Sequence record: MK562502
Length of the DNA: 64,000 nucleotides
From: Shigella phage KPS64
Reading direction: 5' to 3' (one strand)
The notes under the pieces were generated by a model. That model did not search any database. It was not told the DNA's origin and saw only the letters and a list, made by a program, of their open reading frames with translations. Of this stretch, positions 18,448 through 28,495 are shown in pieces (the stretch's first letter is position 1; every line of letters starts with the position of its first letter). Made by a program: the position numbers and the translations under genes.

Positions 18448-19308
18448 TTACTCGTCGTCAGTTTCGAAATCATCTTCGTCGTCATCATCTGGGTTTGGTA
18501 GGTCGTCGTCATCGTCATCACCACCTTTACCTTCATCACCAGAATCTTTTGCATCTTCTTCAGTGATTTCACCGTTGTCTTCAACACCTGCAAGGCCAAG
18601 CATTGCCAGTTCATCTTCATCCAGTTCAGTCTCAGTAGCACCACCAGTACCACCAGTGTAAGGAACCAGAGTATCAATGATAAATTGTTCCTGAATTGGC
18701 TTAGTCAGAACGTTACCTTCAAATGTGTAGAAGTGAGTCGCCAGAATCACACTACCAAATGAACCGTTACCAACTGCAATATCTGGATGAATTACATCGT
18801 AAGTTTTATCGTCATCGTGCTTATCAGATTTTGCTGCCTTGATTTTCTTCATAGGCTGCTTAACTGCAACACGCTTACCGTTGATTTCTTCAACCAGCAT
18901 TACAGGGAAACTCTGTTTTGCTGACCACACAGCACCGTCTTTATATGCTGCTGAACGGCTAACCTTCAGGATGTGATAGGTGTCAGCTTCAAACGGAGGC
19001 TCACAACCAAACTTCTCTTCGAAGTCGTCTGCATCAACAGCCTCTGTAGTAACTTTATCCCAACCTTCAGGACTCTTTTTAGACTTGGTGAACTCTTTAA
19101 AGAGCTTGTTACCATCTTTTGCCAGAATTGAAACGCTGTAGTTACAATCTTTGCCCGGAAAATGTTTATCCACAGATTTACCCTTTTGAGGGCGTGGAAT
19201 AGTGTTCAGGTAATAGAACCAAACATCTTTCAGCAGGTAACGCAGAGTCTCACGTTCTTGACCATTGTACTTCTCTACCGGAGCTTTCATTTTAACAACT
19301 TTAGACAT
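18448..19308 (-). CDS. putative ssDNA-binding protein with acidic C-terminal tail
   Basis: 286-aa ORF ending in a poly-Asp/Glu tail with Phe (DDDDDDLPNPDDDDEDDFETDDE), like T7 gp2.5; sits in the replication cluster. Confidence 0.4.
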   Translation of the reverse strand: MSKVVKMKAPVEKYNGQERETLRYLLKDVWFYYLNTIPRPQKGKSVDKHFPGKDCNYSVSILAKDGNKLFKEFTKSKKSPEGWDKVTTEAVDADDFEEKFGCEPPFEADTYHILKVSRSAAYKDGAVWSAKQSFPVMLVEEINGKRVAVKQPMKKIKAAKSDKHDDDKTYDVIHPDIAVGNGSFGSVILATHFYTFEGNVLTKPIQEQFIIDTLVPYTGGTGGATETELDEDELAMLGLAGVEDNGEITEEDAKDSGDEGKGGDDDDDDLPNPDDDDEDDFETDDE

Positions 19309-19527
19309 TTTAATACCTCTTTCTCAAATTAACTTTCAACTCAACTATCAAGGAGTACAATCTTACAGACTTCGTACTCCCTTGTCAAACACTTTAAGCA
19401 GATTTCTTAGCTGCTTTACGAGCCGTCTTACCTGTACGAACACGCTTCTGTACATAGTGTTCAGCAGACTTACCGGCAGTTGCTTTCATGGAATCGCCAA
19501 ATACTTTCTCGAATGCTTTAGAATGTT

Positions 19528-19809
19528 TCATGAATCTCTCCGATATATTTCATATTCAAAATGTTTATTAGTCAAGGTAAAGATGTAAACTGTAGATAAA
19601 CCATCAATCGCTAATGCAAACTGCTCAACATTATCTTTTGATAAGTGCTCAAACTTTACTTCATGTCCCTTGTTGATGAGTACTTTACCGAACTGCTCTA
19701 CCTTAGTCAAGCACTCTTTTACAAAATTTTTTCTACTTTCTTCTGAATAGAAGGGTTCAAAACCCTCCTTCAGATAACTATCAATCAGTTTCGAACGGAC
19801 AGTCATCAT
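19528..19809 (-). CDS. hypothetical protein
   Basis: 93-aa ORF. Confidence 0.4.
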   Translation of the reverse strand: MMTVRSKLIDSYLKEGFEPFYSEESRKNFVKECLTKVEQFGKVLINKGHEVKFEHLSKDNVEQFALAIDGLSTVYIFTLTNKHFEYEIYRRDS

Positions 19810-21772
19810 TATCCTCGTTAATCACAGGTGGAATGGTGGAGCTTTCACGTTGCTCTTGTGTGTAAATCTCTCCAGATTCACGGTCAAAATCAACATCTTC
19901 ATAGTGTGGCATAGAGTCATCATAATGGTCTTCAGCCTCACCAATACCAAACTGCTGACGAATATTCTCTGCTGCACCATCAATATCAACACCACATCCA
20001 GCAGCCTTTACAAGACGGCCTGTATCTGGATTGTACCAAGTGTGACCAGCAATACCAGTTGATTTACCATGACGACGACATTTCGTTAACTTGATTTTTG
20101 TCAAGTTCTTTTTAACAGGGTCTGGGTCAACCTTGTTACGCATAAGCAAAATGTTGTTCATGGAAATCTGGAAGTATGCACCAGAACCCTTGATATCTTC
20201 TTCAGAAATATCACCACCTTCAGAGTTGGCCTTTTGACCACCTGCACTCTTACGAACGTGACACACGTTTACCTGAGCATACTGATAACGCTTACAGCGA
20301 CGAAGTAACTCAGACAGAACTTCTTCTTCATCTGTATCAGAGCGTGACAGCGCCAATGTAATAGGGTCAAGAATGATAATCTTACAATCAAGGCTGTTAA
20401 CCAGATAGTCAACAAACTCCAGCAGGTTATCTTGGTCAATTGCCCCTTGGTGGTCTACGATGTGAATACGACGACCTTTTGATAACTCAGCATGTGCAAC
20501 CTTAATCTCATCCCAATTACGCTCATCGTAAGGAATCTCTGAAATCTGCTTACTAAGATGGATTGCACAGAGCATTTCCATAAGTTCTTCGTAAGTATCC
20601 TCTACAGGAATCACACCGATGTTGTACTCAGTATCTTTCCATGCTTTGTAAATCATCTCACGAGTATATGCAGACTTACCTACAGATGAAGGTGCAGCAA
20701 GGGTTGTAATCTCACCTAAACCATACCCGCCATAAGTCAACTTATTCAAATCCCCGAAAGAATCTGGGAAAGGAATTAAAGGAATCTGACCACGATTCTT
20801 CATAGCATCGAAACCATCTGCAAAGTTCTTGATACCAGCAGGACAGTAACGAGGTGCATTGTAGATTCGTTGTTTAAATCCTTCTAAGACTGTATCTTTG
20901 TCTTTGAAGAACTTAGTCCACCACTCACTAAGGTCTTTAATACCTTCAGGATACTGGAACAGTCTTACTTTCTCAATAGGTAAGATACCAGCAGCTTCCT
21001 TAGTTGCTTTAGCCCCTGCTTCATCATTATCAAAGCATAGGTAAATCTCATCAAAGGAAGTAATATACTGATAGTTCTCTTTGATAGACTTAACATTAGC
21101 ACCGGATGGTACAGAAACGTGGCAGTAATTCTTACGTCTAGACTTATCTTTAATTGCTAAAGAAGTCATGTAGATTGCTGTAGCACATTCCATCTCACCT
21201 TCCCAGATGAAAAGACGGTTACCACCTTCTGGAGCAATCCATGAACCGAACATAGCCAGTTCACCTTTGATATCTCCGACACCACCAGAAAAGTCTTTCA
21301 ACTTCCCACGTAAGTGCTCTTTGTGATAGTCATCTGGATATTTGTGACGAACACGATAACCTACATGTTGCAACTTACCATCTTCATCTTTTTTGTATGT
21401 TGGATAGAAATGTGCATCAATATCACCGTTATCATCAATATCAACTTTAATACCAAGGCGCTCAAGGACTTTTGCAGGAATCTTCCTGTCTTTTAAATCC
21501 ATTGCTTCTAGGTTTTCTTTCACATCATCCAAATCCATACCACGAAATGTACGGTTTTTATTCTCTGAACCTGAAGTATGAGTACTCACAATCTGCCCTT
21601 TATCAAAATCCCACTCTGGAAAACCTTTTCCACAACTGAAACATGTCATTGAATATGAACCGTCATCATGACGATATATAGAACCTGCATCTGAAGATAA
21701 ACATTGAGGGCGTGGACATGCACAGTGACCTACAAATGTTCCAGCATCTTTCAGTTTTCTCTGTTTAGCCAT
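19781..21772 (-). CDS. bifunctional DNA primase-helicase (T7 gp4-like)
   Basis: 663-aa ORF; N-terminal Cys4 zinc ribbon, central TOPRIM-like region, C-terminal helicase with Walker A (APSSVGKS). Confidence 0.85.
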   Translation of the reverse strand: MAKQRKLKDAGTFVGHCACPRPQCLSSDAGSIYRHDDGSYSMTCFSCGKGFPEWDFDKGQIVSTHTSGSENKNRTFRGMDLDDVKENLEAMDLKDRKIPAKVLERLGIKVDIDDNGDIDAHFYPTYKKDEDGKLQHVGYRVRHKYPDDYHKEHLRGKLKDFSGGVGDIKGELAMFGSWIAPEGGNRLFIWEGEMECATAIYMTSLAIKDKSRRKNYCHVSVPSGANVKSIKENYQYITSFDEIYLCFDNDEAGAKATKEAAGILPIEKVRLFQYPEGIKDLSEWWTKFFKDKDTVLEGFKQRIYNAPRYCPAGIKNFADGFDAMKNRGQIPLIPFPDSFGDLNKLTYGGYGLGEITTLAAPSSVGKSAYTREMIYKAWKDTEYNIGVIPVEDTYEELMEMLCAIHLSKQISEIPYDERNWDEIKVAHAELSKGRRIHIVDHQGAIDQDNLLEFVDYLVNSLDCKIIILDPITLALSRSDTDEEEVLSELLRRCKRYQYAQVNVCHVRKSAGGQKANSEGGDISEEDIKGSGAYFQISMNNILLMRNKVDPDPVKKNLTKIKLTKCRRHGKSTGIAGHTWYNPDTGRLVKAAGCGVDIDGAAENIRQQFGIGEAEDHYDDSMPHYEDVDFDRESGEIYTQEQRESSTIPPVINEDNDDCPFETD

Positions 21773-21965
21773 TCACACCTCTTCGTTGTAGTTCTGCCTT
21801 AAGACCGTTTTCAATCTTATCAAGCTCATGGATTTCTTCTGCAATCTCTTTCCTTCTTGAAGCGACCCTTTCAAGTCGCTCCATCATAACTTCTTTGGAA
21901 AGAGATGAGAGTTCCACTGTACGGTGGTCAATTACTTTAAAGTTATTCTCTCTCATCTTCAACAC
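21765..21965 (-). CDS. hypothetical protein
   Basis: 66-aa ORF, charged/helical. Confidence 0.35.
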   Translation of the reverse strand: MLKMRENNFKVIDHRTVELSSLSKEVMMERLERVASRRKEIAEEIHELDKIENGLKAELQRRGVNG

Positions 21966-21968
21966 CTT

Positions 21969-22709
21969 TTACAGATTGATAATGGTTTTAAGTTTGCTCT
22001 CTAATTCTTCCATCGTTCCATTATTCTGGATAATATCACGAGAGAAGTTGGTGGAGATACCACGTTCAGAGCTATGGGAAGCCACCTGAATAGCATCTTT
22101 TCTTGTAATTTCAATTATCTGACTATCATAGCTTTGAAGGAACTCAGCTTCAATATCAAACCTTAAATCACATACCAGTGCAATACCTATGTGACTTTTC
22201 TTAACGCAATCACCATAGAATTTTTCAATACGTTCTGCCAAATCTGTAATCCAGAAACGCTCTCCAAGAATTTTACGGATAACCTCACTACCCCATACCT
22301 GCTGTATTTGTCTTGAGGAAATTATATATTCATTTTTCAAACCAAGCTTTGTAAGCAATGTAGGTTTACCAACTTTCTTTAACTCTTTGATAAGCCTGTC
22401 TGTGATTTCCCCACAAAGTTTTGCATCATCTTGTATACCCTTGCTTTTCATGTTTATATTGAAAGCCCATGCCACACGAGAGTTAAGGTTGTCAAAATCT
22501 AAGCTAAACTTTTTAGGCGTTTCTTTCGTATCACCGTATAGGTCGTGCCAGTTTAAGTCAAAGATAAATCCAGCAGTTGCTTTTAAGTTATCGGCAAACG
22601 CAAACACTTTAACAGTGTATCCTGCCTCATTCAATAGATTTTTTACAATGCTGCAAGACGTATCCTTTCCAGAACGAGCTTTTCCAGTAAATGCAATAAC
22701 ACTTTTCAT
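21969..22709 (-). CDS. deoxynucleoside monophosphate kinase
   Basis: P-loop AFTGKARSGKDT near the N-terminus, as in T4 gp1-type dNMP kinases. Start set at MKSVIAF, preceded by GGAG. Confidence 0.6.
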   Translation of the reverse strand: MKSVIAFTGKARSGKDTSCSIVKNLLNEAGYTVKVFAFADNLKATAGFIFDLNWHDLYGDTKETPKKFSLDFDNLNSRVAWAFNINMKSKGIQDDAKLCGEITDRLIKELKKVGKPTLLTKLGLKNEYIISSRQIQQVWGSEVIRKILGERFWITDLAERIEKFYGDCVKKSHIGIALVCDLRFDIEAEFLQSYDSQIIEITRKDAIQVASHSSERGISTNFSRDIIQNNGTMEELESKLKTIINL

Positions 22710-22766
22710 ATAAGTCACTCCATAATAAAAAGCCCCCAATTAAGGAGGCTTAAGGGTATGCCACAA

Positions 22767-23561
22767 TTATTGTAGTTTAGAACCAGTGAGTTCACGCTCA
22801 GACATTGCTTCTAGCTGCTGAACAAACTCTTCACCGAAGTTAATTGCAATCTTAGTGCTAAGAACTGCTGCACCAGTTTGACTAAATACTTCTCCGAGTG
22901 CTGCTGTATGAGCACCTTGTGACATGCTCTCTACAAAGCTTGGGTCAGACTCTAACATCTTTGAAACTTCAAGTAAAGCGTGGATACCCATGATGCTAAA
23001 GATAGCATTTAACATTGAAGTCACTTTAACCTGAATAGGGTCTAAAGAGAGACCATTAGTAATCTCTTCCAGTTTATTCATTGTCTCATCTACGTACTGA
23101 ATTGCCTTGTCAGAGACTTCATCAAAGCCCCAATCCAGTTTTGCATAACGTGGTGACTTATCATTCATACGCTTCTCTAGCGATGCCATTACAGCAGCAA
23201 CTGGTGTACAAATACCTTTCAGAAGGTCTTCATCACTCATGTTATCAAGTTCTTTAATACCCTGCTCAGTAATCTGGATGTATCCACCTGAATACATTTC
23301 ATCAAAGATGTATGCTGCAAAGGCATCAACACCAATGAAGATGGTCTTCAGAGCATCAGTCTTATTAGACAGCAGGTATTCAACCTCTTTACGGAAATCT
23401 TCGTCATTCTCTACAGCGTTTTTTACAACACGCAGAGATTCAGGGATAAATTTTCCTGACAGTGAGTTGCTACGCATAATGATAGCAAGAGTCTCAACGG
23501 TGTTCAGCATGAATGCTTCGTCAATACCTTTTTCTTCCAGAATCTCATTTACAGTTTTCAT
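22767..23561 (-). CDS. hypothetical protein
   Basis: 264-aa ORF. Confidence 0.45.
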   Translation of the reverse strand: MKTVNEILEEKGIDEAFMLNTVETLAIIMRSNSLSGKFIPESLRVVKNAVENDEDFRKEVEYLLSNKTDALKTIFIGVDAFAAYIFDEMYSGGYIQITEQGIKELDNMSDEDLLKGICTPVAAVMASLEKRMNDKSPRYAKLDWGFDEVSDKAIQYVDETMNKLEEITNGLSLDPIQVKVTSMLNAIFSIMGIHALLEVSKMLESDPSFVESMSQGAHTAALGEVFSQTGAAVLSTKIAINFGEEFVQQLEAMSERELTGSKLQ

Positions 23562-23985
23562 CTTTAATCTCTCTCATTTTGTTAATAGTAAGTCGTGATA
23601 ATCTTAAGCTTTCTTGTGAAGAGAAGTCAAGCCCTTTTTCAGACCGTGGGAAGTAATTTCTGTCCCATGTATTCTCTGCATCCTGAAGCAGTTGGGATAG
23701 ACTATCTAAGTCCGTTCCATTTTGCAACTTATTTTTTAAGGTATCTATCAAAAAGATTGTGTCTTTCGCTTTACGTCTTTCTGAAGATATCTCTTTCATG
23801 TGCTCAAATACCGAGCACTTTAAACCTTCGTCATATCCACTTGATAGTTCTATCTCATGCTGAACATCAACCATTCGACGATGTTGATAAGCATACTCCT
23901 TCTGAGCCTCGATGTAAAGTGCTTCAACTCTTTCTAAAGCTTGGACAAGGTTATTGATATCTGGGTGAACGTACATCCTCTGCAT
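23545..23985 (-). CDS. hypothetical protein
   Basis: 146-aa ORF, first gene of the leftward unit. Confidence 0.45.
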   Translation of the reverse strand: MQRMYVHPDINNLVQALERVEALYIEAQKEYAYQHRRMVDVQHEIELSSGYDEGLKCSVFEHMKEISSERRKAKDTIFLIDTLKNKLQNGTDLDSLSQLLQDAENTWDRNYFPRSEKGLDFSSQESLRLSRLTINKMREIKDENCK

Positions 23986-24244
23986 GATTGCCTCTGTTAA
24001 GTATCTATAAAGATTTTAATCTCTTATCTTTATGTATGTTATACATATAACTTTAAAGCTTTTTAAAAGCTATTAAAAATCTTTTAAGACTTTTAAAGAA
24101 ACTGTATAGTTAATCTATAAAGGGAGTCTATTAAGATAAAACCCACTTCGAAAAGACTAACACCTTGTCAAGTAGTTTGTCAACTTGCTTTTTGAAGAAA
24201 ATTGCTGTAGGGTATTATCCAGAATGATTTGAGAGGGAGTAAAA
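23986..24244. promoter_or_regulatory. divergent intergenic control region
   Basis: 259-bp AT-rich gap between leftward and rightward units; repeated TTTTAAAAGC / TCTTTTAAGAC / CTTTTAAAG and two TTGTCAA motifs; TATTAT -10-like hexamer about 30 nt before the polymerase ATG. Confidence 0.45.
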
Positions 24245-26944
24245 ATGGACAATGTAGATTTCGAAAAATTACATTTGGTTGGTGATACAGAAACTGATGG
24301 GTTGCTCCTTGAGTTTACAAAAGCACACGTAATGGCTTTCGCAGACTATAAAGATGACAGTGACGAACCTGCTGTGTGGGTGTTCACTGATGAGCCTATT
24401 CTTGGTCACAAGTATACAAAATACATCAAAGGTGGTCTGCGTGAAGGTGTTGAGTTTGCACTGAAAGCTAAACGTCTTTGTATCCACAATGGTCTTGGTT
24501 ATGACTGGTGGGTGTTTAATCACATTGCACCTGACCTGTGGAACTTTGAGAATCCTAAGTGTAAACCTTGGAGTGACTTCTTTCAGGATTCACTTATCCA
24601 ATCTCGCGTACAGTGGATGGATAGACCTACGCCAAAAGGTTACAAAGGTGCTCATGGTTTGGCTGCATGGGGTGCTCGTGTAGGTGTCCGTAAACCAGAG
24701 ATTGAAGAGTGGGGTGTCTGGAATGCAGAGATTCTTACTCGTGTTGTAGAAGATATTAAGATTAACGCCAAAACTAAACGTGCTCTTGATAATGAGTACC
24801 TCAAGCTTAAGAAGTGTGGTGTTGACACTTATGAAACCTACATGCGAGCTAAAGAAACATCCTTCTGGATGAGTCAGCAAGCTATCAACGGTTGGAAAGC
24901 TGATGTAGAGCTTATGCAGTTCCACGTTAAAGAGCTTGACAAGTTAACTAATGAGTTGGCTGCTGAGGTTGAACCACACCTTCCACCAACTATTAAGACA
25001 AAAGGTAAAGTCACAGGTGAAGAATTTGCCAAGTCTTGGAATGAGTATGTAGATACATTTGGTCACGTTGACGGTTTAAAAAGGATTACCAAGTACCCTA
25101 AGACAAAGTATCGAGAACAGATGCGTGAAGGTGAGTTGAAGCAGTACCCTATCAAGCCATATGGTAAGCCAACCACAAAGATTTTTAATGTTGAGAAACG
25201 CAACTGCTACACCCCAACTAACACGGTAACTAAAGAAGAGTACCCTGAAGGTTTTGTAGCAATGAAAGATGCTCGTGCAGTTTGTAATGAACTGAATGAG
25301 AAGATTGGCAAGAAGTGTAAAGATTGGAAGCCAGTTAAGACTGTGAAAACTGTGAAGTACTACAACGTTCACGTTGTTAATCACTTTGAGTTAGAGTCTA
25401 GTCGCTACACTGGTTTGATTGATGCACCATTCACACCAATTGAGTTTGAAGTTTCACGAATGACTCAGGTAGCTGTGGTGAAGGATTACTTAAAATCCGT
25501 TGGCTGGATTCCTGATGATTGGAACTATAAAAAAGATTCTGATGGTCGTCCTATCAAGGTTTGCAGATTCAAAGACAACAAAAAGATGATTCGCAAACAT
25601 CCTAAGTGGGATGAGATGGTTGAGCGTTGTGGGTTGAACTATATTGAGCATGAAGGTGTCTATTACATCGAGCATAACTGGTCTGTTAAGAAGTACACAG
25701 ATGTGCTTGAGCCTTGCTTGATTAGGACTTCACCAAAGCTTACAGAGTCTTCTTATGATACAATCGAAGGTGAGCTTGGACAGAAGATTGCGAAGTACTA
25801 TACTTTGATGCACCGTCGCAGGACTATTGAGAACTCAAAGGATGATGAGAAAGGTTGGCTGAACCAGATTCGTCCAGATGGTCGTTTGAGTGCAGGTGCA
25901 ATGGTATTTGGTACTTCTACTGGACGTATGACTCAGTATGGTATTGTAAACGTACCTTCTGGTGCTGCCGTGTACGGTGAACCAATGAGGGCAGTGTGGA
26001 TTTGTGAAGAGGGAACCAACGTAGTATCTGTTGATATGAACTCTGCACAGCTTGTACTACTCTGTAACTTCATGGGTGATAAAGACTTCACCAAAGCGGT
26101 AACAGAGGGTAAAGAAGAGATTGAGTTTGTTCGTCAAGAGGATGGAAGATACTACTGCAAACACTTTGACCAGTATCTGAATCCAGAGATTGACAAGTAT
26201 CTGCGTTACGACTCTGAAAACGATTTGTACGTAGTTTACTCAGGTACTGATGCTCACACTCTGAACAGTATCTACTTCAGCCTTAATGATGAGCAAGATA
26301 TCTTGACTTGTCGTGCTACTCAGGATGAGAATCTTCTTCATGAGATTAGCAAGGGACGTAAGAAAGCTAAGAATGGTATCTATGCCCTGTTGTTCGGTGC
26401 AGGGGATGAGAAGTTTGCCAAGACAATTAAAGCAGCAACTACTCAGGAAGGTGCATTGACTAAGCAGACTTACTTTGTGCGTTTGCCGAAGATTAAGAAA
26501 CTGTTAGACAACTTGGAAGCTGATTTCAAAGCAACTAAGAAAGCACTTGAAGAGGTGTTTGGTAAAACTGCTGCAATCTCTAAAGGTGGTTTTGTGAAGG
26601 TTGCTGGGGCTTGGCTGTGGTGTAAGTCTCCACACAAACTCTTGAACTATTTGCTGATGGGTTCAGAAGCACAAGTTCAGAATGAAGCAATCAACCTTGC
26701 ATGTCGTAGAGCCTATGATGAAGGGTTGATGAAGCTGAATGGACGTAAGCCAGCTATTGGAGCTAGACTTCTTCTGGCATACCACGATGAAAATAGTTGG
26801 GAATGTCCAGAAAGTATGACTCAAGAGGTTAAAGCTATCACTGACTGGATGTACGGGCAGGCTTCTAAAAACCTTGGTCTAAGAAAAGAAACTATGGTTA
26901 CAGGTACTGGTAAGGTTGGTAAGAGCTGGTTGGAAGTGCATTGA
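24245..26944 (+). CDS. DNA polymerase, family A, with 3'-5' exonuclease domain
   Basis: 899-aa ORF; exo motif DTETDGL, pol motif A-like SVDMNSAQLVLL, motif B-like RKKAKNGIYALLFG, motif C-like AYHDE. Confidence 0.9.
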   Translation: MDNVDFEKLHLVGDTETDGLLLEFTKAHVMAFADYKDDSDEPAVWVFTDEPILGHKYTKYIKGGLREGVEFALKAKRLCIHNGLGYDWWVFNHIAPDLWNFENPKCKPWSDFFQDSLIQSRVQWMDRPTPKGYKGAHGLAAWGARVGVRKPEIEEWGVWNAEILTRVVEDIKINAKTKRALDNEYLKLKKCGVDTYETYMRAKETSFWMSQQAINGWKADVELMQFHVKELDKLTNELAAEVEPHLPPTIKTKGKVTGEEFAKSWNEYVDTFGHVDGLKRITKYPKTKYREQMREGELKQYPIKPYGKPTTKIFNVEKRNCYTPTNTVTKEEYPEGFVAMKDARAVCNELNEKIGKKCKDWKPVKTVKTVKYYNVHVVNHFELESSRYTGLIDAPFTPIEFEVSRMTQVAVVKDYLKSVGWIPDDWNYKKDSDGRPIKVCRFKDNKKMIRKHPKWDEMVERCGLNYIEHEGVYYIEHNWSVKKYTDVLEPCLIRTSPKLTESSYDTIEGELGQKIAKYYTLMHRRRTIENSKDDEKGWLNQIRPDGRLSAGAMVFGTSTGRMTQYGIVNVPSGAAVYGEPMRAVWICEEGTNVVSVDMNSAQLVLLCNFMGDKDFTKAVTEGKEEIEFVRQEDGRYYCKHFDQYLNPEIDKYLRYDSENDLYVVYSGTDAHTLNSIYFSLNDEQDILTCRATQDENLLHEISKGRKKAKNGIYALLFGAGDEKFAKTIKAATTQEGALTKQTYFVRLPKIKKLLDNLEADFKATKKALEEVFGKTAAISKGGFVKVAGAWLWCKSPHKLLNYLLMGSEAQVQNEAINLACRRAYDEGLMKLNGRKPAIGARLLLAYHDENSWECPESMTQEVKAITDWMYGQASKNLGLRKETMVTGTGKVGKSWLEVH

Positions 26945-26954
26945 TGGTGTTGAA

Positions 26955-27467
26955 ATGATTACAGAAATTCGTTTAAAGGAGCTTTTAGAGTACGACCCCG
27001 ATACAGGGGTCTTTACTTGGAAATTTAGAGAAGGTAATGCAAACTTTAACTCTAGATTTGGAGGTAAGAGGGCTGGAAACTATAGAACAAACACTGATGG
27101 TCACAAGTCTGTCCAATTGCTGATTGATGGAAGGAGTTACCAAGCAAATCGTTTAGTTATCTTGTATATGGATGGATACCTACCTGATAAAACCTTACAG
27201 GTTGACCACAAGAATTGTGATGGTTGGGATAATAGATATTTGAATTTGAGGGTTTGTACGGCTTCACAAAACTCTTGCAATCGGTCTAGAAAGTCCATAT
27301 CAGGTTTACCAAAAGGTGTACAGAAGATAGGGAAAAGGTTTAGGGCAGTGATTCGTTTACAAGGTAATAATTACCATCTTGGGATGTATGACACACCTGA
27401 AGAAGCCCACGAAGCTTACTGTGAAGCTGCTATAAAACTCCACGGAGATTTTGCAAAACTTAGTTGA
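26955..27467 (+). CDS. HNH homing endonuclease with AP2-type DNA-binding domain
   Basis: HNH core (VDHKNCDGWDNRYLNLRVCTASQN) and C-terminal AP2-like segment (YHLGMYDTPEEAHEAYCEAAIKLHGDFA). Start placed at the first in-frame ATG after the polymerase stop. Confidence 0.7.
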   Translation: MITEIRLKELLEYDPDTGVFTWKFREGNANFNSRFGGKRAGNYRTNTDGHKSVQLLIDGRSYQANRLVILYMDGYLPDKTLQVDHKNCDGWDNRYLNLRVCTASQNSCNRSRKSISGLPKGVQKIGKRFRAVIRLQGNNYHLGMYDTPEEAHEAYCEAAIKLHGDFAKLS

Positions 27468-27519
27468 CAAGGTGCTCATGGAAGAGTACCTTATACTATA
27501 TATTGTATAGGAGACTTGT

Positions 27520-27720
27520 ATGACTATTTCAGAAATTGAAGTTCAACTGCAATGTGCTGGATATTCTCAAAGTGAGATTGAGGCTATGTGCATCATCATT
27601 TGCAGTAGCCATAAGCACCTCAAGCTTTCTAATGAAAATCTTCGCAAGGTTGATATTTTTATTGCTGGAGGTAAGATTATCAAGGATAAGACAGGCTACC
27701 TTAAAGGTGAACATCTATGA
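27520..27720 (+). CDS. hypothetical protein
   Basis: 66-aa ORF preceded by TAGGAGA RBS. Confidence 0.45.
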   Translation: MTISEIEVQLQCAGYSQSEIEAMCIIICSSHKHLKLSNENLRKVDIFIAGGKIIKDKTGYLKGEHL

Positions 27721-27926
27721 GTCACCGTGGAAGAACTCATCTCGCCATGATGCAAGGTGCTTCAAAAGAGACTATCAAGAATCGGAAGAAAACTCTTTTT
27801 GACAGAATGAATAGACTCATTGATAATGCAAGCCTACCTAACTCTGAAAAGGTTTTCTTGAAAGGAAATATAAAGAGTATTGCACAGGAACTTATTGACA
27901 TTGAATTTTGGAGACACCAAAAATGA
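27717..27926 (+). CDS. hypothetical protein
   Basis: 69-aa ORF; ATGA start/stop overlap with the upstream gene. Confidence 0.45.
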   Translation: MSHRGRTHLAMMQGASKETIKNRKKTLFDRMNRLIDNASLPNSEKVFLKGNIKSIAQELIDIEFWRHQK

Positions 27927-28114
27927 CATACGAAGAAGCTCTTGAAGCTATGAAACAGGGCAAGAAAGTTCGAAATGAAAATTTCACATCTGATGAGTTC
28001 TTTGAAATGAAAGATGGAAAGGTTGTATGTGAAATGGGTTACCCAATGGCTGCATGGTACAAGGGGGAACCTTGGCAGAAAACTGGATGGAGTATCTTTA
28101 ATGAAACTCTATAG
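27923..28114 (+). CDS. DUF2829-like small protein (possible Tad2-type anti-Thoeris sponge)
   Basis: 63 aa from the ATG overlapping the upstream stop; MTYEEALEAMKQGKKVRNENF ... GEPWQKTGWSIF matches my recollection of the DUF2829 N-terminal motif. Confidence 0.45.
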   Translation: MTYEEALEAMKQGKKVRNENFTSDEFFEMKDGKVVCEMGYPMAAWYKGEPWQKTGWSIFNETL

Positions 28115-28233
28115 CATTTGGGGAAGAGTTGGTGAAGGTTATGACTGGACTCTTCTTAAAACAAATGTTAAAAGTAACGAGATAGCTTACTACAAAGTCT
28201 ATTACCATAAAACTTTTAGAGAGGTAGAGTATC

Positions 28234-28485
28234 GTGAGCAATAAAGAGCAAGAATCTTTATCAATTTTCAAGAATGAAGACAAATCAATAGCTTTTGTCT
28301 CAGAGGCTTGGTGCAGAGATTTGGGATATGATTGGTATCTTTTCTTATGCGCTAAGAAAGATGTTAAACCAGTTGATGAAACCCGATTCAAAGAACTGTA
28401 TAATATCTGCCAAGAGGGTTATGAAGAACATTACGAAGGTTCTTTGAATCCTGTAAATTCAAAAGCTTCAGACTTATTTTATTGA
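28234..28485 (+). CDS. hypothetical protein
   Basis: 83-aa ORF, GTG start with AGAGGTAGAG upstream. Confidence 0.4.
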   Translation: MSNKEQESLSIFKNEDKSIAFVSEAWCRDLGYDWYLFLCAKKDVKPVDETRFKELYNICQEGYEEHYEGSLNPVNSKASDLFY

Positions 28486-28495
28486 GAGGTTTAAA

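Noticed and set aside
18377-18661. 94-aa plus-strand Ser-rich ORF
   Set aside because: Antisense translation of the GAT/GAC-rich region encoding the poly-Asp tail of the SSB-like gene.
27464-27497. TTGACA with TATACT as promoter for the early small-gene operon
   Set aside because: Hexamer spacing is about 22 nt, too long for a standard sigma70 promoter; not listed as a feature.
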